Shown here piece after piece: positions 48,909 to 60,174 of a stretch of DNA of 64,000 nucleotides. A program made the translations under genes and the position numbers. Under the pieces are notes generated by a model. That model searched no databases, had not been told where the DNA came from, and saw only the letters and a program-made list of their open reading frames with translations. This DNA is from Candidatus Saccharimonadota bacterium (lineage in GTDB: Bacteria > Patescibacteriota > Saccharimonadia > Saccharimonadales > JACDBH01): NCBI GenBank assembly GCA_028289135.1, contig JAQGGW010000002.1:36255-100254 (forward strand), read 5' to 3'. How positions within the stretch are numbered: position 1 is the stretch's first letter; every line of letters begins with the position of its first letter.

Positions 48909-51719
48909 ATGAGTGAAGTCATTACCATCAAGGGGGCGAGGGAACATAACCTTAAAAACGTGGATCTTGAGATTCCGCGCAATAAACTTGTAGTTATTAC
49001 CGGGCTCTCTGGTTCGGGCAAGTCTTCTTTGGCTTTTGACACCATTTATGCCGAAGGCCAGCGCCGTTATGTTGAGTCGCTCAGCAGCTATGCCCGTCAA
49101 TTCTTAGGGATTATGGAAAAGCCGGACGTCGACCAGATCGACGGCCTTTCACCGGCAATTTCAATTGACCAAAAATCGACAAGCCGGAACCCCCGCAGTA
49201 CTGTCGCGACTGTCACGGAAATTTATGACTATTTGCGCCTGTTGTTTGCGCGCATTGGCATTCCGCATTGTCCTGTGTGCGGCAAGCCGGTAACGCGCCA
49301 GACAACCCAGGCCATTATTGACCAGATTACCCGCCTGCCCGAATCCGCTAAGCTTATGGTCTTGGCGCCGGTTGTACTAGACAAAAAAGGCGCCTTTGAA
49401 CACATCCCAGAGCAGTTTATGCGCCTTGGTTTTGCCCGCGCCCGTGTGGACGGAGTTGTTTACAGTTTGGATGAATTTCCGGATCTTGATAAAAAATATA
49501 AGCACACGATTGAAATTGTGGTTGACCGGTTGGTAAATGACGAAGCCAGCCGCAGCCGTTTGGCCCAAAGTGTTGAGTCGGCGCTGGATCTGGCCGAAGG
49601 CAAACTAAAAGTACATAATGCCGACACTCAGGAAGACTCGATCTACTCGCTGCAATATGCCTGTATTGACCACCCTGATGTTTCGATCCCGGATCTTGAG
49701 CCGCGGACTTTTAGCTTTAACTCGCCGCACGGTGCCTGCCCGGTTTGTACTGGTCTTGGAAACCGCCTGGAAGTCGACCCTGAGCTGGTTATCCCAAACG
49801 GCCGGCTTTCTATAGCCGAGGGCGCAATCCGTCCGTTTAACCGCATTAATGTTGACGCGTGGTATATGCGCAAACTCCAGGCCGTGGCTGATGCCTACGG
49901 TTTTTCGCTGCAAGCACCGACGGCTGATCTAAAACCAGAGCATATGCAGATTTTAATGTACGGCACGGGTGAGCAAACCTACCGTGTAAGCTTGGGGATG
50001 GGCCGCAGTTTTTCGACAACTTATGAAGGCGTAATTCCAAACCTTGAGCGCCGCCACAAAGAAACCGAGAGTGATTTTATTAGGCGTGACATTGAGCGCT
50101 TTATGCAAGAACGCCCATGCGCTGTCTGCAAAGGCCGCCGCTTAAAGCCCGAAGTTTTGGCCGTTACCGTGGCGAAGCATTCGATTATGGATATTTGTGA
50201 ATTTTCGATTGACGACGCGATTGAATTTTTTAAACATGTCAAACTAAATGACAAAGAAATGCACATTGCCGAGCAGATCTGCAAAGAAATTAATGCCCGG
50301 CTAAAGTTTATGCAGGACGTTGGTTTAAACTACCTAAACCTCGCTCGCAGTGCTGTCAGTCTAAGCGGCGGTGAGGCCCAGCGTATCCGTTTGGCAACCC
50401 AAATTGGATCAGGCTTGATGGGCGTTTTGTATGTGCTGGACGAACCTTCAATTGGCCTGCACCAGCGCGACAACGAACGGCTTATTAAGACTCTTAAGCA
50501 TCTGCGTGACCTTGGAAACAGCGTGATTGTGGTCGAACACGACGAAGAAACCATTCGTACTGCCGACTTTTTGGTAGACATTGGTCCGGGCGCCGGCGTA
50601 CACGGAGGCCATGTAGTTGCACATGGCTTGCCAGAAGAAGTCGCTAAAGTAAAAGGCAGCATTACCGGGCAGTATTTGCGCGGCGAAGAGTCGATTGCGG
50701 TGCCAAAAAACAGGCGTAAGGGCAACGGTAAAAACATTGTTATTAAAGGCGCGCGCGAAAATAACCTCAAAAACGTTGATGTCGAGATTCCGCTTGGTGA
50801 AATGGTGGTTGTGAGCGGCGTCAGCGGTTCTGGCAAGTCCAGCCTTATCAATGACATTTTGGCCAAAGAACTCCAGGCACGTTTAATGCGAGCCAACTTA
50901 GTCCCGGGCCGCCACGACGATATTGAAGGCATTGAGCACCTCGACAAAGCAATTGTCATTAACCAGTCGCCAATTGGCCGGACGCCGCGCAGCAACCCTG
51001 CAACCTATATAGGTTTGTTTACGCCAATCCGTGAACTTTTTGCCACAACGCCAGAAGCTAAAATCCGCGGCTACAAAGCCGGACGTTTTAGTTTTAACGT
51101 AAAAGGCGGCCGCTGCGAAAACTGTGCAGGTGACGGTATTATCAAGATCGAAATGCATTTTTTGCCGGATGTTTATGTGCCATGCGAAGTCTGCCATGGC
51201 AAGCGCTACAACCGTGAAGCTTTGGAAATTCATTACAAGGGCAAGACAATCAGCGATGTCTTGGAAATGACGGTAGAACAAGCTTTGGAATTTTTTGAAA
51301 ACCTGCCAGCCATTGCCCGCAAACTGCAGACTATGACCGATGTGGGTCTTGGCTACATTGGCCTTGGACAGCCTGCCACAACGCTTAGCGGCGGTGAGGC
51401 GCAGCGCATTAAGCTTGCGAGCGAACTTAGCCGCCGGCCGACTGGGCGCACGCTCTATATTTTGGACGAACCAACAACTGGGCTGCACATGGCGGACGTT
51501 AAAAAGCTATTGGAAGTGCTGCACGCGCTTGTTGACGCTGGCAACTCAATGGTTATTATTGAACATAACTTGGACGTAATTAAATCAGCCGATTGGTTGA
51601 TTGATATGGGCCCCGAAGGCGGCGAAAAGGGCGGTAATGTGTTGGCCACTGGCACACCAGAGCACGTTGCTAAGCAAGAAAATTCATATACAGGGCAGTT
51701 TCTCAAGCGTATGCTGTAG
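48909..51719 (+). CDS. uvrA: Excinuclease ABC subunit A
   Basis: Two Walker A motifs ([16 protein letters not shown]), Zn fingers and two LSGGEAQR signatures. Confidence 0.98.
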   Translation: MSEVITIKGAREHNLKNVDLEIPRNKLVVITGLSGSGKSSLAFDTIYAEGQRRYVESLSSYARQFLGIMEKPDVDQIDGLSPAISIDQKSTSRNPRSTVATVTEIYDYLRLLFARIGIPHCPVCGKPVTRQTTQAIIDQITRLPESAKLMVLAPVVLDKKGAFEHIPEQFMRLGFARARVDGVVYSLDEFPDLDKKYKHTIEIVVDRLVNDEASRSRLAQSVESALDLAEGKLKVHNADTQEDSIYSLQYACIDHPDVSIPDLEPRTFSFNSPHGACPVCTGLGNRLEVDPELVIPNGRLSIAEGAIRPFNRINVDAWYMRKLQAVADAYGFSLQAPTADLKPEHMQILMYGTGEQTYRVSLGMGRSFSTTYEGVIPNLERRHKETESDFIRRDIERFMQERPCAVCKGRRLKPEVLAVTVAKHSIMDICEFSIDDAIEFFKHVKLNDKEMHIAEQICKEINARLKFMQDVGLNYLNLARSAVSLSGGEAQRIRLATQIGSGLMGVLYVLDEPSIGLHQRDNERLIKTLKHLRDLGNSVIVVEHDEETIRTADFLVDIGPGAGVHGGHVVAHGLPEEVAKVKGSITGQYLRGEESIAVPKNRRKGNGKNIVIKGARENNLKNVDVEIPLGEMVVVSGVSGSGKSSLINDILAKELQARLMRANLVPGRHDDIEGIEHLDKAIVINQSPIGRTPRSNPATYIGLFTPIRELFATTPEAKIRGYKAGRFSFNVKGGRCENCAGDGIIKIEMHFLPDVYVPCEVCHGKRYNREALEIHYKGKTISDVLEMTVEQALEFFENLPAIARKLQTMTDVGLGYIGLGQPATTLSGGEAQRIKLASELSRRPTGRTLYILDEPTTGLHMADVKKLLEVLHALVDAGNSMVIIEHNLDVIKSADWLIDMGPEGGEKGGNVLATGTPEHVAKQENSYTGQFLKRML

Positions 51720-51721
51720 GC

Positions 51722-51976
51722 ATGAGTCGGAGTGCGCTAAAGAAGACTTATATTGATAACCCAGGGATGTTAGCAGCGGCAGAAAAAGGTTTGGGTTTTG
51801 TTAACGAGTGCGAAAAATATTGGGATTTTTTACCTACGGAAACACAATTAGCAGCTTTTGTACTTGAACAACCCCCAGATCCGCGTGATTTAAGACAGTT
51901 TCGTGTTGGTGAATGTATATATTTTATCGTCGGTGAACTATTACAAAAGATTGAAAAAGAGGGCGGTTTAAATTAG
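51722..51976 (+). CDS. Hypothetical protein
   Basis: 84-aa ORF directly after uvrA. Confidence 0.45.
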   Translation: MSRSALKKTYIDNPGMLAAAEKGLGFVNECEKYWDFLPTETQLAAFVLEQPPDPRDLRQFRVGECIYFIVGELLQKIEKEGGLN

Positions 51977-52593
51977 GAGTTTTTGCGTTTGTGGACTTGG
52001 GCTTTTATGAGGTGATAGGCGGCTGGGCCGATAGTGATGGCCATTACTAGCAGAATGACGACTAGGATGTATTTGTCGATGTTTTGGACCTTTGCGCCGA
52101 TTATTCTGCCTAAGACATAACCAAGCATTGTGACACCAGTGCCCCAGGCGATCACACCGACTGCGTTATAAAGGGCAAATTTTTTGCGGTCCATGTTGGT
52201 AGTTCCGGATACGACCGGCACAAATGTGCGGATTACAGGGACGAACCGGGCAAGCAAAACTGTCTTAACGCCGTGTCTTTCATAAAAATCTTCTGCTTTT
52301 TTAAGCTGGTCCGGGTGAAAAAAGGTGCTTTCTTCTTTTCTAAAAAGTTTGCGGCCGGCTCTCTTGCCAATTTCGTATCCTGTGTTGTCGCCAATGATCC
52401 CAGATACAATGACTACAAACAACAGCCAGCCAAGGGGTAATTTGCCAACAGATGCAAAGTAGCCGGCACTCAAAAGTAGGGTGTCTCCGGGCAAGAAAAA
52501 GCCAGCCAGGAGGCCGCCTTCGGCAAAAATAATGGCGCCAACGGCTAGTAAACCACCACTTTGAAGCAAACTTTCTATTGAGATTCCAAACAT
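51973..52593 (-). CDS. dedA: DedA family membrane protein
   Basis: FAEGG...LPGDTLL, GDNTGY, ARFVPVIRT and F..YN motifs. Start reassigned to MFGIS. Confidence 0.92.
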   Translation of the reverse strand: MFGISIESLLQSGGLLAVGAIIFAEGGLLAGFFLPGDTLLLSAGYFASVGKLPLGWLLFVVIVSGIIGDNTGYEIGKRAGRKLFRKEESTFFHPDQLKKAEDFYERHGVKTVLLARFVPVIRTFVPVVSGTTNMDRKKFALYNAVGVIAWGTGVTMLGYVLGRIIGAKVQNIDKYILVVILLVMAITIGPAAYHLIKAQVHKRKNS

Positions 52594-52709
52594 TACCTCA
52601 ATGATACCATGAGGTCTCATCAAAACGATCTCTAAATTCATAAGCGAAAAGATGGAAAATCTGGTATAATGAGTACTAGTAATTAAATAAGTTTAAAGAG
52701 GTTATAACA

Positions 52710-53381
52710 ATGAGCAGCGACAAAATTACGCTGAAACTTACAGAACGTACCGAAATGGGCAAAGCCGTTAAAGCTCTTCGCCGCAGCGGTATGGTTCCTG
52801 CAAACGTATACGAACGTGGACATGATTCGGTTGCGGTCAGCGCGTCTTTTACCGAACTAACTAAAGTTTACCGCCAAGCCGGTAAGCACCACCCGGTAGA
52901 ATTATCTCTTGGCAGCAAGAACTATCTTGCCATGATCAAAGACGTTGACATCGACCCGACCAAGGGTTGGGTGCGCCACGTTGGCTTCCACGCCATCAAC
53001 AAGAACGAAACCGTTGTTGCTGAAATTCCAGTTCATATTGAAGGCGAAATTCCTGCTGAGCGCGTTAGCTTGCTTGTACTCCGCCCAATGGATACTGTTG
53101 AAGTTGAAGCTCTTCCAGCCAACCTTCCTGACGCTCTCACAATCGACGGCGCCAAGCTGGCCGAAATTGGCGATAAGCTTTCTGTAGCTGATATTATTGC
53201 GCCAACCGGCGTTAAGATTTTGACCGATCCAGATCAGACTTTGGCTGTTGTCGAAGAACCAAAAGACCAGATGGCTGAAGCCGCTGCCGAAGAAGCTGAA
53301 AACGCTGAATCTGCTGCTCAAGTTCCATCAGAAAATGGCTTAGCGGACGCTGACGAACCCGCCGCCGAACAGGCTGAATAG
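52710..53381 (+). CDS. rplY: 50S ribosomal protein L25/Ctc
   Basis: ALRRSGMVPANVY, HVGF, Ctc C-terminal domain and acidic tail. Confidence 0.93.
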   Translation: MSSDKITLKLTERTEMGKAVKALRRSGMVPANVYERGHDSVAVSASFTELTKVYRQAGKHHPVELSLGSKNYLAMIKDVDIDPTKGWVRHVGFHAINKNETVVAEIPVHIEGEIPAERVSLLVLRPMDTVEVEALPANLPDALTIDGAKLAEIGDKLSVADIIAPTGVKILTDPDQTLAVVEEPKDQMAEAAAEEAENAESAAQVPSENGLADADEPAAEQAE

Positions 53382-53385
53382 CGCT

Positions 53386-53510
53386 CTGGCCTCACTGGCT
53401 TGCACATCTTGCACGTAAGCCTGCGATCCGTTTCTCCATGTACTTCTCTGTACACTCCGAATACGGTTCTCGGCTATACGCACAAGCTGCACTAAGCCAG
53501 TGAACCCTAG
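53386..53510. repeat. Dispersed hairpin repeat family 3, copy 2
   Basis: Same core as 45365-45487 but with a different, still paired, outer stem. Confidence 0.85.
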
Positions 53511-53512
53511 TC

Positions 53513-53776
53513 TTACATAGGCTGGCGGAGGTATTCGTGGCCTTCGATGTCGCGTGTCATAAGGCCTGCATCTATCATGCCGCGCCGCAGTAATGGCCAA
53601 TCTTGGAAGGTGTGCCACTGGTTTATTATCTCGTTAACTTCTTTTTCTGTGTAGGGTTTTTCAAGTTCGAATTTTTCGACGATATATTCCATTACAAGCT
53701 TTTTGTCGGCATGCTTTTTAGGCCAAGTAACAACTTGCCCTTCTTCGTTTAAAAAACGCGAGACATCTTTTTGCAT
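53513..53776 (-). CDS. DUF2087 family protein
   Basis: WPKK...YTEKEVNE...D..LLRR..ID.G.M.R...G..Y. Confidence 0.8.
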   Translation of the reverse strand: MQKDVSRFLNEEGQVVTWPKKHADKKLVMEYIVEKFELEKPYTEKEVNEIINQWHTFQDWPLLRRGMIDAGLMTRDIEGHEYLRQPM

Positions 53777-53777
53777 T

Positions 53778-55523
53778 TTAATCCTCTAAGAAGCCGCCGG
53801 ATTGGTGCGCCCAGAGCCGTGCGTAGGTGGCTTTATTCTTAAGCAAATCTGTATGCGAGCCCTCTTCAACTATTGTGCCTTTGTCTAACACCACGATCCT
53901 ATCCATGCGCTGGATGGTGCTGAGGCGGTGGGCAATGACAATGGTAGTTTTATCCATCATGAGTTCTTTTAGTGCTGCTTGGATAAGGACTTCGCTTTCA
54001 GAATCCAATGAGCTTGTTGCCTCGTCTAAAATCAAAATCGGCGCGTCCTTTAATATTGCCCGGGCAATCGCCACCCGCTGTCTTTGACCACCAGAAAGTT
54101 TTATCCCGCGTTCACCAACAAGAGTGTCGTAGCCATGCGGCAGTGTTTCAATAAAATCATGGGCGTTAGCTTTTTTGGCGGCTGCAACGACTTCTTCATC
54201 GCTGGAGCCTGGTTTGCTGTAGCGGATATTTTCCCTGATCGAGCGGTGAAACATCAGTGTATCTTGAGGGACATAGGCAATCGCGCTTCGTAAATCGTCC
54301 TGGCGGACATCAGCAATAGCCTGCCCATCAATCAAAATCTCACCAGACCTTAGGTCCATAAAACGCAGCAACAGTTTTGTAATCGTGGTTTTGCCGCCTC
54401 CGCTGGGACCTACCAGACCAACTTTTTCACCAGGAGTAATCATAAGGTTTAGTGAATTAAACAAGGTGTTGCTTTGGCCGCCGTAGTCAAAACAAACATC
54501 TTTAAATTCAACAGAGCCTTTTGTTACTTTTAGCGCCACTGGATGATCAGGATCTTTAACTTTTGCTTCACGCATTAGAAGCTCAGTCATCTCATGAGCG
54601 TCACCAAGCAGGCCTTCAAACTGCCTAACAAACAGGCTGGTCTTTGCGATACTGTCGACAATGCGGAGAACATAGACTTCAAACAAAAGGAAGATAGGCA
54701 GGCTCACGCTGCCCGACTGCACGGCGCGAATTCCGCCAACAACGACGATAACTTGCAACAGGCCGCACAAAAGCTGCACAGCATAATGGTTTCGGACGCC
54801 AACGGTCCAGCTTCTGTCAAAAAGTTTCATCCTGGCAGTGTTGGTAAGGCTATATCTTTTAGCCTCATATTTTTTGCCAGAAAAGGTTTTTACAGTCACG
54901 GCGTTGGTGACGGAATCGGCCAATTCACCCGTTTGCCTGGTTTCTTCGGCCACAGCGCGCCTTCGGACTGGCATGCGCCTGATGGCGAGGTAGATAACAA
55001 TGCCTACGGAGCCCAGCCAACACACCAAAACGGCCAGTCCAATCGGCACGCTGTAATAAAACATGATTGCCAGCGCAATAACCACCGACCATAGCTGTCC
55101 AATCATATCCAAGAAAAGGGTGTTATGAAACAGCTCAAAAGCTTTCGCGAACCGGTTTGCCTGGGAAACTAATGAGCCGCCAAAGTTGTCGTTAAAAAAG
55201 TCGTATTCTTGGTTAAGCAACACATCAAAGCTTTTGGTATGAATATCGCGAATTATCTGAAGCGCCGTTGGCTTTGAACCGTAAGTATCCGCTAAGTACC
55301 ACATGGTTGCGCCAAAAAATAGCGACAAAGCCGTTAGCCATATATAACTTGTACTAACTTGATGGTGCGCTACTAATTGACCCAAAATTTTGGCTACAAA
55401 AAACGGGGCCACAATAGTCTGGAGCATATAGGCTGGTCCGAGTAACGAGCTTATAAACACGATCAGTTTGTGCCTTCGCATATGCGACCCAAATATTTGA
55501 AGTGTTTTTATACCTGTAGACAT
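53778..55523 (-). CDS. ABC exporter, fused TMD-NBD (3 of 3)
   Basis: GPSGGGKTT, LSGGQ, DEATS and AHR motifs. Confidence 0.95.
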   Translation of the reverse strand: MSTGIKTLQIFGSHMRRHKLIVFISSLLGPAYMLQTIVAPFFVAKILGQLVAHHQVSTSYIWLTALSLFFGATMWYLADTYGSKPTALQIIRDIHTKSFDVLLNQEYDFFNDNFGGSLVSQANRFAKAFELFHNTLFLDMIGQLWSVVIALAIMFYYSVPIGLAVLVCWLGSVGIVIYLAIRRMPVRRRAVAEETRQTGELADSVTNAVTVKTFSGKKYEAKRYSLTNTARMKLFDRSWTVGVRNHYAVQLLCGLLQVIVVVGGIRAVQSGSVSLPIFLLFEVYVLRIVDSIAKTSLFVRQFEGLLGDAHEMTELLMREAKVKDPDHPVALKVTKGSVEFKDVCFDYGGQSNTLFNSLNLMITPGEKVGLVGPSGGGKTTITKLLLRFMDLRSGEILIDGQAIADVRQDDLRSAIAYVPQDTLMFHRSIRENIRYSKPGSSDEEVVAAAKKANAHDFIETLPHGYDTLVGERGIKLSGGQRQRVAIARAILKDAPILILDEATSSLDSESEVLIQAALKELMMDKTTIVIAHRLSTIQRMDRIVVLDKGTIVEEGSHTDLLKNKATYARLWAHQSGGFLED

Positions 55524-55539
55524 AACGTTATTGTACCAG

Positions 55540-57315
55540 TTACTCTTCTATAAAACCGCCGGATTGGTGGTTCCATAGCTTTGCGTAAGTGCCCTTAGCT
55601 TTTAGAAGTTCCTCGTGCGTGCCTTGTTCGACAATCTGCCCTTTGTCCATAACAATAATCTTGTCCATGTGCCGCAGTGTAGAAAGCCGGTGGGCTATGG
55701 CAATGACCGTTTTGTGTTCCCATAAAGCTTCCAAGCCCTGCTGTACTAAGACTTCACTCTCAGAGTCGAGCGCACTTGTCGCCTCGTCTAAAATTAACAA
55801 TGGCTTGTTGTCCAAGAGCGCGCGTGCGATGGCAATCCTTTGGCGTTGTCCTGCCGAAAGTTTTACGCCGCGCTCCCCAACCAGTGCGTCATAACCATCG
55901 CTAATCTGCGAAATAAACTCGTGGGCATGGGCTTTTTTAGCGGCTTCAATAATATCCGCACGGGTAACCTCCTGGTCCGTCGCATAGGCGATATTTTCTG
56001 CCACACTGCGATGAAACAAGCTTGTGTCTTGTGGTACGTATGAAATTAATTTCGCAAGGTCATGTCCGCTAATATTACTGCCATCAAGCAAAATCTGATC
56101 TCCAGATATTTCGTAGTAACCCAGCAAAAGTTTGGTAAGCGTCGTTTTGCCGCTACCGCTTCGCCCTACAATACCGAGTTTTTCGCCTTTTTTAAGGCTC
56201 AGATTAATATTATTAAGCACATTGGTATCGAGCTTATCTGGGTAGGCAAAGTATAGATTATTAAGCTTTAATTCATGCTCAAAAACCAGTGTTTTAGAAA
56301 TTACAGCGTGGTTTTCTTTATTGTTTACGACAGCATGTTCATCACCAAATAAATAACGGTGTGCCTCTTCAATCCGTGAAAGCCGCAAATTAAACTGCGA
56401 AAGATGCCAAACCAGTTGCCATACGGAGCTTGAGAATATAAGTATTGTTGAAAGCAATGTCGCAAGCTGGGAAATAGAGATTTGGTGGTGTAAAAACAGG
56501 TAAACATTCAGGCCAATAGTTGCTGGCCACATAATATCCCGCACAAAAAAGCCCATTGAACCCCAGAAGATTATTGACCAAACATAGGACTTATTGGCAG
56601 CTTTAATGGTTTTCTTTTGTTCTCCCACAATCATTGAGAGTTCAGCCGATTCTTTTTGGAATGACTTAATGTTTACAAAATTTGCTATGGCATCGATAAG
56701 CTTACCGTTTTTAGTAGATTGGACATCTGCAGAGATTTTTTCGTATTTTGTAGTGTTACGGATAGTACGCCGCCCCACTAGGAACATACATAGTATTCCA
56801 ACCAGGAATATAGCGCCGGTTTGCCAGTTAATTGAGGTCAAAATTATGGCAATTACAATCATCCCAACAAACTGGCTAGTGTATTCGTAAAAAAGATTAT
56901 CGACCAACCCGCGTATTTCTGTGGATATTGTGGTGATATAAGAAGAAATCTTGCCGGTAAATTTGTCGACAAAGTATGGATAGGGTTTTTCTATAACCTG
57001 TTTAAATAACACGTTTTCATACTCATAGCCAAGCGGTAAAATCAGCTTCATATGTACAAATTCACCCAAACGCCAGGTAAGGTTGTGGCCGCTGCTGCAG
57101 ATAATTAGCAGCCATACATATATCACTGCTTGGTGTCCGTTTACAGGGTTAGCTGCCAATACTCCAACAAGTTTTCCAATAAATAACGGCATTAGTGCAA
57201 GCAATATATTTGAACAAACAAAAACAATAAAAACAGTTGCGAAGCGCCGCTTGTAGTTGCGCACGTAACGGTAAAACGTCTGGATTGAGTAATAGGTTTT
57301 CTTATTTTTGCTCAT
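55540..57315 (-). CDS. ABC exporter, fused TMD-NBD (2 of 3)
   Basis: GRSGSGKTT, LSAGQ, DEATS and AHR motifs. Confidence 0.95.
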   Translation of the reverse strand: MSKNKKTYYSIQTFYRYVRNYKRRFATVFIVFVCSNILLALMPLFIGKLVGVLAANPVNGHQAVIYVWLLIICSSGHNLTWRLGEFVHMKLILPLGYEYENVLFKQVIEKPYPYFVDKFTGKISSYITTISTEIRGLVDNLFYEYTSQFVGMIVIAIILTSINWQTGAIFLVGILCMFLVGRRTIRNTTKYEKISADVQSTKNGKLIDAIANFVNIKSFQKESAELSMIVGEQKKTIKAANKSYVWSIIFWGSMGFFVRDIMWPATIGLNVYLFLHHQISISQLATLLSTILIFSSSVWQLVWHLSQFNLRLSRIEEAHRYLFGDEHAVVNNKENHAVISKTLVFEHELKLNNLYFAYPDKLDTNVLNNINLSLKKGEKLGIVGRSGSGKTTLTKLLLGYYEISGDQILLDGSNISGHDLAKLISYVPQDTSLFHRSVAENIAYATDQEVTRADIIEAAKKAHAHEFISQISDGYDALVGERGVKLSAGQRQRIAIARALLDNKPLLILDEATSALDSESEVLVQQGLEALWEHKTVIAIAHRLSTLRHMDKIIVMDKGQIVEQGTHEELLKAKGTYAKLWNHQSGGFIEE

Positions 57316-57316
57316 A

Positions 57317-59104
57317 TTAATCCTCTAAGAAGCCGCCTGATTGGCGCTCCCATAACTTGGCGTAAACGCCTTTTTTATTTAACAAATCTTTGTGGCTGCC
57401 TTCTTCAACAATTTGTCCGTCGCCCAGCACAATAATCCGGTCCATTTTTTGGATGGTGCTCAGGCGGTGGGCAATGACGATGGCGGTGCGGCCTTCCATG
57501 AGCTTCCACAGTGCGTCCTGAATCAGCGCCTCACTTTCACTGTCTAGCGCGCTGGTGGCTTCGTCCAACACCAATATTGGGGCGTTTTTAATCATCGCCC
57601 GGGCAATGGCAATCCGCTGTCGCTGCCCGCCAGAAAGTTTGACACCGCGTTCGCCAACCACGGTGTCGTAGCCGTGCTGCAGGGTTTTAATAAACTCATG
57701 CGCGTGCGCCTTTTTGGAAATAGCGATAATTTCTTCTGGGTTGGCGTCGGGCTGGCCGTAGGCAATGTTTTCGGAAATAGTGCGGTGGAACAAAATCGGT
57801 TCCTGCGGCACATATGAAATGTTGCGGCGCAGGTCGGATTGTTTAACATTGGCAATATTTTGTCCGTCAATCAAGATCGCGCCGCCGTTAATGTCAGAAA
57901 AGCGTAACAAAATCCGGGTAAGCGAAGTTTTACCAGAGCCCGAATGCCCAACCAGCCCAACCTTTTCACCAGGGCTAATGCTAATATTAAGACCGTCAAA
58001 AATAGCTGAGGCTGCTCCCTTGTGCCTGAAAGTGACGTCATTAAAACTAATCGCCCCCTCATTCATGCGTGAAGTCTCGGGCTCTACTGGGTCTTTTATT
58101 TCAGCAGGACTGTTTAAAATCTGAACCATTGCACTGGCGTCGCCTATCGAGCGGTTGTAGTTGCGAAGAGCAGAGTTGCTAAAGCTAAAAAGTTGCTCGG
58201 TAATGCTGGATGCGTAGCTTAGGATCAAAAACACGGTGGCTAGGTCAGCCTTAAAGCTCACAATACTTACGATCGCGAGCGCTAAAGCCATTGTCTGCGT
58301 GGTGCGCGACACAGCACCAAAATAAAACATTTGTTTCATGTGGGCTCGCGTTAGCGCTTTTAATTTGCTACGAGTAAATTCGGTACGTTTTTCGAATTCT
58401 GTTTCCTCAAAATCTTCACCAGCAAAACTTTTTACGGCCATAACGTTTCCGACGACGTCTGCAAGGTAGCCAGATTGCTGGCTTTCGGCATCTGCGTGCA
58501 TAGCGCCGGATTCACGGATAGATTTTGAAAGTAAAAAAGCAACGGTAAGATAGATAGAGGCAAACAAAATAATAAACGCAACAAATAATGGAGCCCGTGG
58601 CAGCATAATTACGGCTACTAAGACGATAAATGAAATTAACCCAATGGTCGTATAGGCGGTAGTGTCGGCAATTCGGACATAGGCGCTCAAAAGCTTGTTG
58701 GTCTGCGACACCATTGAACCGCTAAAGTGGTTGGCATGAAAATCTGCGCTTTCGTTGGCAATATGGTTAAAGACTTCCTTGGCGATGTCTTTTTCTACTT
58801 TTGCTTCAAGCCCAAACACAAATATGTCAACTATCCGCCAGCTTACAAAACCCGTAAATAAAATTAGTCCTGCGTAGAGAAGAATAGAATGGCCAAAACT
58901 CTGCCATGGTTGATGCGCGACAAAGTCATGGGTTGAAAGCCGACGTATAACGTTAGCAACAATGAGCGGTGGCAAAATTTGGCCGCACAAAATAGTAACT
59001 GGAATCATAATCAGCGCGCCAAAAAAGCTTACTGGATATTTTTTAACGTGTCGCCAGTAGTAGCGGGCAACTTGTCTTGATTTAGTTTTGGAAGATGTGG
59101 GCAT
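57317..59104 (-). CDS. ABC exporter, fused TMD-NBD (1 of 3)
   Basis: GHSGSGKTS, LSGGQ, DEATS and AHR motifs; AGGAGG SD. Confidence 0.95.
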   Translation of the reverse strand: MPTSSKTKSRQVARYYWRHVKKYPVSFFGALIMIPVTILCGQILPPLIVANVIRRLSTHDFVAHQPWQSFGHSILLYAGLILFTGFVSWRIVDIFVFGLEAKVEKDIAKEVFNHIANESADFHANHFSGSMVSQTNKLLSAYVRIADTTAYTTIGLISFIVLVAVIMLPRAPLFVAFIILFASIYLTVAFLLSKSIRESGAMHADAESQQSGYLADVVGNVMAVKSFAGEDFEETEFEKRTEFTRSKLKALTRAHMKQMFYFGAVSRTTQTMALALAIVSIVSFKADLATVFLILSYASSITEQLFSFSNSALRNYNRSIGDASAMVQILNSPAEIKDPVEPETSRMNEGAISFNDVTFRHKGAASAIFDGLNISISPGEKVGLVGHSGSGKTSLTRILLRFSDINGGAILIDGQNIANVKQSDLRRNISYVPQEPILFHRTISENIAYGQPDANPEEIIAISKKAHAHEFIKTLQHGYDTVVGERGVKLSGGQRQRIAIARAMIKNAPILVLDEATSALDSESEALIQDALWKLMEGRTAIVIAHRLSTIQKMDRIIVLGDGQIVEEGSHKDLLNKKGVYAKLWERQSGGFLED

Positions 59105-59223
59105 GGCGCTGGCCCTCCTAGGGTGCCGCGCTTAAATAAAATGAAATAACAAAAGAACTTTTATTTTAAATTTTTGTTTCCAAACAGGGTTTTTTGCCGC
59201 CTCGTTAATACTATTGATCTATC

Positions 59224-59252
59224 ACTATACGCTTATGTAAACGGGCTGGCAA
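59224..59252 (-). promoter_or_regulatory. sigma70-type promoter of the ABC operon
   Basis: Minus strand TTGCCA-17 nt-TATAGT. Confidence 0.6.
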
Positions 59253-59283
59253 GTATTTTATTTTGAGGTTATAATAAGTGTAA

Positions 59284-60132
59284 ATGGAAAAAATCATCCT
59301 CTACTATAAATTTGTGCCCATTCCAGATACGGAGTCTGTCTTATTTTGGCAAAAAGCCTTATGCGAAAAATTAGGGTTAAAAGGCCGAATTTTGATTAGC
59401 GGCAAGGGGTTAAATGGGACTCTTGGCGGAGATATTAAGGCCCTAAAAGCCTACAAAAAGGCCATGAACGAGCACTCTCTCTTCGGTGAGATCGAATATA
59501 AGTGGAGCGACGGCAGTGCCGACGATTTTCCGAAACTCAGCATCAAGGTGCGCTCTGAGACCGTCACGCTCGGCTGGGAGCCCAATGTGGGTCAAAATGG
59601 TGTAATTGGGGGTGGCAAGCATCTAAAGCCCTCACAGGTCCATAAATTAGTCCAGGACAGGGGCGACGACGTTGTTTTCTTTGATGGCCGCAATAAATAC
59701 GAGGCCAGCATAGGCAAGTTTAAAAATGCCGTAGTACCAGATGTAAATACCTTCAAAGAGTACATGACCGAGCTAGACAAGCCAGAATACGACGAAATCA
59801 AGAAAAAGCCGGTTGTGACCTACTGCACCGGCGGTATCAGATGCGAAACTTTGAGCGCGCTTATGATCGAAAAAGGTTTTGAAGAGGTCTATCAGATGGA
59901 CGGCGGCATTGTAAAGTACGGCGAAGCATATAAGGATGAAGGATATTGGGAAGGGAAGCTGTTTGTGTTTGATAAACGCATGAAACTGGGCTTTTCTGGA
60001 GATTCTAAAGACATTGCCATGTGCGAAAAATGCGGCAAAAAAACTAGCAACCAAATCAATAGTACCAACATCCGCCGCCGCCTGCACATTGTGTGCGAAG
60101 CCTGCGCATTAACCTCGTTGATTAGAAAATAG
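59284..60132 (+). CDS. trhO: Rhodanese-domain tRNA uridine(34) hydroxylase (UPF0176/YceA)
   Basis: LYYKF, GRILI..G.NGT, DGRNKYE..IGKF, YCTGGIRCE, GGIVKY and FVFDKR motifs. Confidence 0.88.
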   Translation: MEKIILYYKFVPIPDTESVLFWQKALCEKLGLKGRILISGKGLNGTLGGDIKALKAYKKAMNEHSLFGEIEYKWSDGSADDFPKLSIKVRSETVTLGWEPNVGQNGVIGGGKHLKPSQVHKLVQDRGDDVVFFDGRNKYEASIGKFKNAVVPDVNTFKEYMTELDKPEYDEIKKKPVVTYCTGGIRCETLSALMIEKGFEEVYQMDGGIVKYGEAYKDEGYWEGKLFVFDKRMKLGFSGDSKDIAMCEKCGKKTSNQINSTNIRRRLHIVCEACALTSLIRK

Positions 60133-60174
60133 ATACTTGTAATTATATCGTAATTATGCTATAATTATACTGTT

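Noticed and set aside
35058..51488. Long antisense or alternate-frame ORFs in the track (e.g. 35058-35693, 38605-39630, 50330-50995)
   Set aside because: They are shadows of well-supported genes on the opposite strand and have no motifs.
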